Below, piece after piece: positions 16,040-18,378 of a DNA stretch of 18,378 bases (its first letter is position 1; every line of letters begins with the position of its first letter). The notes beneath the pieces were generated by a model. The model searched no databases and was not told the DNA's origin. It worked only from the letters and a program-made list of their open reading frames with translations. Location of the stretch: the NCBI GenBank assembly GCA_041640075.1, contig JBEQAY010000021.1, forward strand, positions 1 to 18,378, written 5' to 3'. The position numbers and the translations under genes were made by a program. This DNA comes from Candidatus Nanohaloarchaea archaeon. GTDB taxonomy: Archaea; Nanohalarchaeota; Nanosalinia; Nanosalinales; Nanosalinaceae.

Positions 16040-17191
16040 ATGCACGTCCCGGGACTCAGGAAACCTGATCTGCATGAGGAAGTTAACGAGGTCTTTCTCC
16101 ACAATTTTGTGAAGAGTCTTGGTCTCAGTCTAGTATCGATCTTTATACCGATGTATCTTATGGACTCGGCAGGCTTCACGATTTTACAGGTCGGATTCTT
16201 CTTTCTGTCCTACTATGTCGCTGATCTACTTGTCACGATTCCAGCCTATCATGTTTCCAGCAGGATAGGGTACAAGAAAGTCGCTCTGATCTCTGCTCCG
16301 TTCCTGGTAAAATACTACTTCCTTCTGCAGTATTTTTCCACGCCTGCACTACTCTACCTTTCAACAGTTGTAGGTGCAACAGGAAAAAGCCTTTACTGGG
16401 CAGGAATGAATCCTGAGACAGCGATGAGCACACATGATGAGAAGAGAGACAGCGAAGTCGGGATTTTTTACTCTATGCCTACCCTTGCCTCTATAATATC
16501 TCCTGTGGTCGGAGGTATGGTTGTAGCAGCGTTCAGCTACAACATACTTTTCATAGTGACAGGTATTCTTGTTGGAGCTTCATTTATACCGCTTTTTTTC
16601 AGTGAGGAGCACTCTGAAGGCCTTGACACAGATTTAGCCAGTTTCTTCTCCTGGAACTACCTAGAGGATTTCCTGACCTACTTCTTCAATGGAGCAGAAT
16701 CCATAGGGAAGAGACTTCTCTGGCCGCTTTTCCTCGTACTGATTATAGAGGGAGCGGTCGACCTGGGTGTGGCTGGAGGTCTAAAGTCTCTGGGAGCTGC
16801 CTTCACCAGTATAGCGATAGGAAGGATCACAAATGATGAAAACAGATCGCGGGTTATCGCTTCAGGCGTCCTGATATCGGTGCTGATGTTCTTCGCCCTC
16901 TACACGGTTACAGACCCACTGACAGCAACCATATTATCCTTTATCTTCGGCCTGGGAAGGACAGCAGTAACCATGTCGGCCTTTGAAAAAGCCCTGGAAA
17001 ACGCGGAAAGAGATGACTACCTAGAGTACTTCGCCTTCAGAGGTACAGCACTTAACCTTGGGCGCCTAGTCATGATAGGAATAATAATAGGGAGCTATTA
17101 CCTTACACAGAGCCTTCTAACAAGCGTAGTAGCGATGAACGCATCAATAATTCTCTTCGGCTACTTCCTGGTCAAAATATCTAGAAGATAA
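16040..17191 (+). CDS. MFS transporter
   Basis: About 12 TM helices in two halves; SSRIGYKK loop and ISPVVGG motif. Confidence 0.88.
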   Translation: MHVPGLRKPDLHEEVNEVFLHNFVKSLGLSLVSIFIPMYLMDSAGFTILQVGFFFLSYYVADLLVTIPAYHVSSRIGYKKVALISAPFLVKYYFLLQYFSTPALLYLSTVVGATGKSLYWAGMNPETAMSTHDEKRDSEVGIFYSMPTLASIISPVVGGMVVAAFSYNILFIVTGILVGASFIPLFFSEEHSEGLDTDLASFFSWNYLEDFLTYFFNGAESIGKRLLWPLFLVLIIEGAVDLGVAGGLKSLGAAFTSIAIGRITNDENRSRVIASGVLISVLMFFALYTVTDPLTATILSFIFGLGRTAVTMSAFEKALENAERDDYLEYFAFRGTALNLGRLVMIGIIIGSYYLTQSLLTSVVAMNASIILFGYFLVKISRR

Positions 17192-17198
17192 GAACATC

Positions 17199-17390
17199 GT
17201 GGTTTTGCTCGGAAATAAAACACAGGCAATCGGCTCTTGCCCAGTAAAAGGCTTCGACCAAAACAAAATATCCGAGAAACTAGACTTGAAGGACACTGAA
17301 AGGCCTATCCTCATCTTCCCAATCGGCTACCCGAAAGAAGAAGACAGAAACTGGAGAAGAAACGGAGAAGATATTTTTGAGGTAATTTAG
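17199..17390 (+). pseudogene. Nitroreductase C-terminal fragment
   Basis: IGSCPVKGFD...LIFPIGYP...RR matches the nitroreductase C-terminus. It starts only 7 bp after the MFS stop, so the N-terminal majority is missing. Confidence 0.7.
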
Positions 17391-17415
17391 TTATTTGAAG
17401 GATGACTGGGAGATA

Positions 17416-18081
17416 TTATTCATACTTCTCTTCAAATCTGTGAATCTTGACTTCCTCATCTAATTCACTCGAAAGTTTAGAGTAAATTCCAGGGGTATGA
17501 GCATCTCCAACAAGAACTAGTTCATTATCTTCCTCTGAATTTTCTTCCAAGATTTTTTCTGTCATATACTGATCTCGCTCTTTAAGAGATAGAAACCAAC
17601 TTAGAACTATTTGACTTAGGAAAATGACTAGAAATGACCCCATAATTAGACTGAATGCCATTATATTCTGTTCGACTTTAGCTATTGTTAAATTGAGTTC
17701 AAACAAGATGTGGGTTCCTACTACTGCTAAGAAAATAGGCGCCCAATTAAATGCTACTTCTTCCTTAGTTGGCTCATGCATTTCGACAAGCTTTGTCGGA
17801 TGAGCATCAATAGATACTTTCTCTGGAATAGAACTTTCCTCACGGAAGATATAATCTGATTTACGGTTTCCGCCAATTTTTCTTCTTACCACCCTGAGAG
17901 GGATAAGAAAGAAGAAGGAGAATGCATATACTGGTGTCAGAATTAGATTGTTCAGAAAACGCTTTTTATCAAAGTTCTCTATTTCCCGAAAATTCTCGTG
18001 AAGAAGTTTATCATAATCTTCAGTTGCTCTTTCTTTGATTGCTTCCACATCTTCGGTGTGATCTGCTCCGACAATTTCCAT
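17416..18081 (-). CDS. TraB/PrgY/GumN-like membrane protein
   Basis: N-terminal IVGADH and LHE; C-terminal ERDQYM...VLVGDAHTPGI; internal TM segments; low GC. Confidence 0.6.
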   Translation of the reverse strand: MEIVGADHTEDVEAIKERATEDYDKLLHENFREIENFDKKRFLNNLILTPVYAFSFFFLIPLRVVRRKIGGNRKSDYIFREESSIPEKVSIDAHPTKLVEMHEPTKEEVAFNWAPIFLAVVGTHILFELNLTIAKVEQNIMAFSLIMGSFLVIFLSQIVLSWFLSLKERDQYMTEKILEENSEEDNELVLVGDAHTPGIYSKLSSELDEEVKIHRFEEKYE

Positions 18082-18136
18082 CTAATATCAAAATCTCTTC
18101 CAGCTATTTCAAGTTCCTGAATTCTTAGATTTAAGT

Positions 18137-18378
18137 TCAGAGGTCTAGGCTCTCTTTAAATTCTTCTGCATTTTCCAGATGCTCTTCTACAGTCTCATCG
18201 TTCATCCTGTCCAAAGTTGAGGTCATGAAGCTCATCCTATGAATGTTTCCGATCTTTTCTTCGTGTTTGTTGATGAAGTTCCAGTAGAGGCCGTCCCAGT
18301 GGTTTTCCCAGTCTCCGCTTTGGTAGTGGCTCATTTTGTTGATGTAGTTTGAGGATGAGATGTAGGGTTTGGTCATCA
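18137..18378 (-). CDS. Cryptochrome/photolyase family protein, CryPro/bacterial (6-4) photolyase type (3' end only)
   Basis: TKPYISSSNYINKMS.Y...LYWNF...HRM matches the COG3046/PhrB C-terminus; the gene enters from the right edge. Confidence 0.9.
   Translation of the reverse strand, partial: MTKPYISSSNYINKMSHYQSGDWENHWDGLYWNFINKHEEKIGNIHRMSFMTSTLDRMNDETVEEHLENAEEFKESLDL

Noticed and set aside
1..18378. CRISPR array, tRNA/rRNA, IS element or known anti-phage system
   Set aside because: No periodic repeats, cloverleaf, transposase or defence-type domains were recognised, and intergenic gaps are all short (about 155 bp or less).

Overview
Gene-dense window from an extremely halophilic archaeon, most likely Nanohaloarchaeota (DPANN). 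This is inferred from strongly Glu/Asp-rich proteins at moderate GC, TATA boxes about 24-32 bp upstream of ATGs (leaderless mRNAs), GAGGTGA/GGTGAT Shine-Dalgarno sites only inside operons, and an archaeal-type GluRS. The left edge holds the 5' part of gltX and a SAM methyltransferase. About 13 kb of thiol-redox, stress and copper genes follow: glutaredoxin, COG3355-like HTH regulator, UspA, an RND/MMPL exporter split into two half genes plus a COG1361 S-layer-like protein and DUF2892, amphi-Trp, a second DUF2892, and an HxlR regulator divergent from DsbA plus two MerT/MerC-like CxxC membrane proteins. Next come OsmC, a thioredoxin-CcdA fusion, MscS, and a PadR with a Cys-rich tail divergent from DUF305 and copB. 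The right end has EndoQ, an MFS transporter, a nitroreductase relic, a low-GC TraB-like gene and the 3' end of a CryPro/(6-4) photolyase lacking its C-terminal Fe-S cysteines. Non-coding signals read directly: a 23-bp motif repeated at two promoters, three divergent gene pairs sharing one TATA box, several operator-like palindromes and two unannotated mini-ORFs overlapping downstream start codons. No rRNA, tRNA, CRISPR or transposase was seen. All family assignments are by motif recognition; no searches were run.
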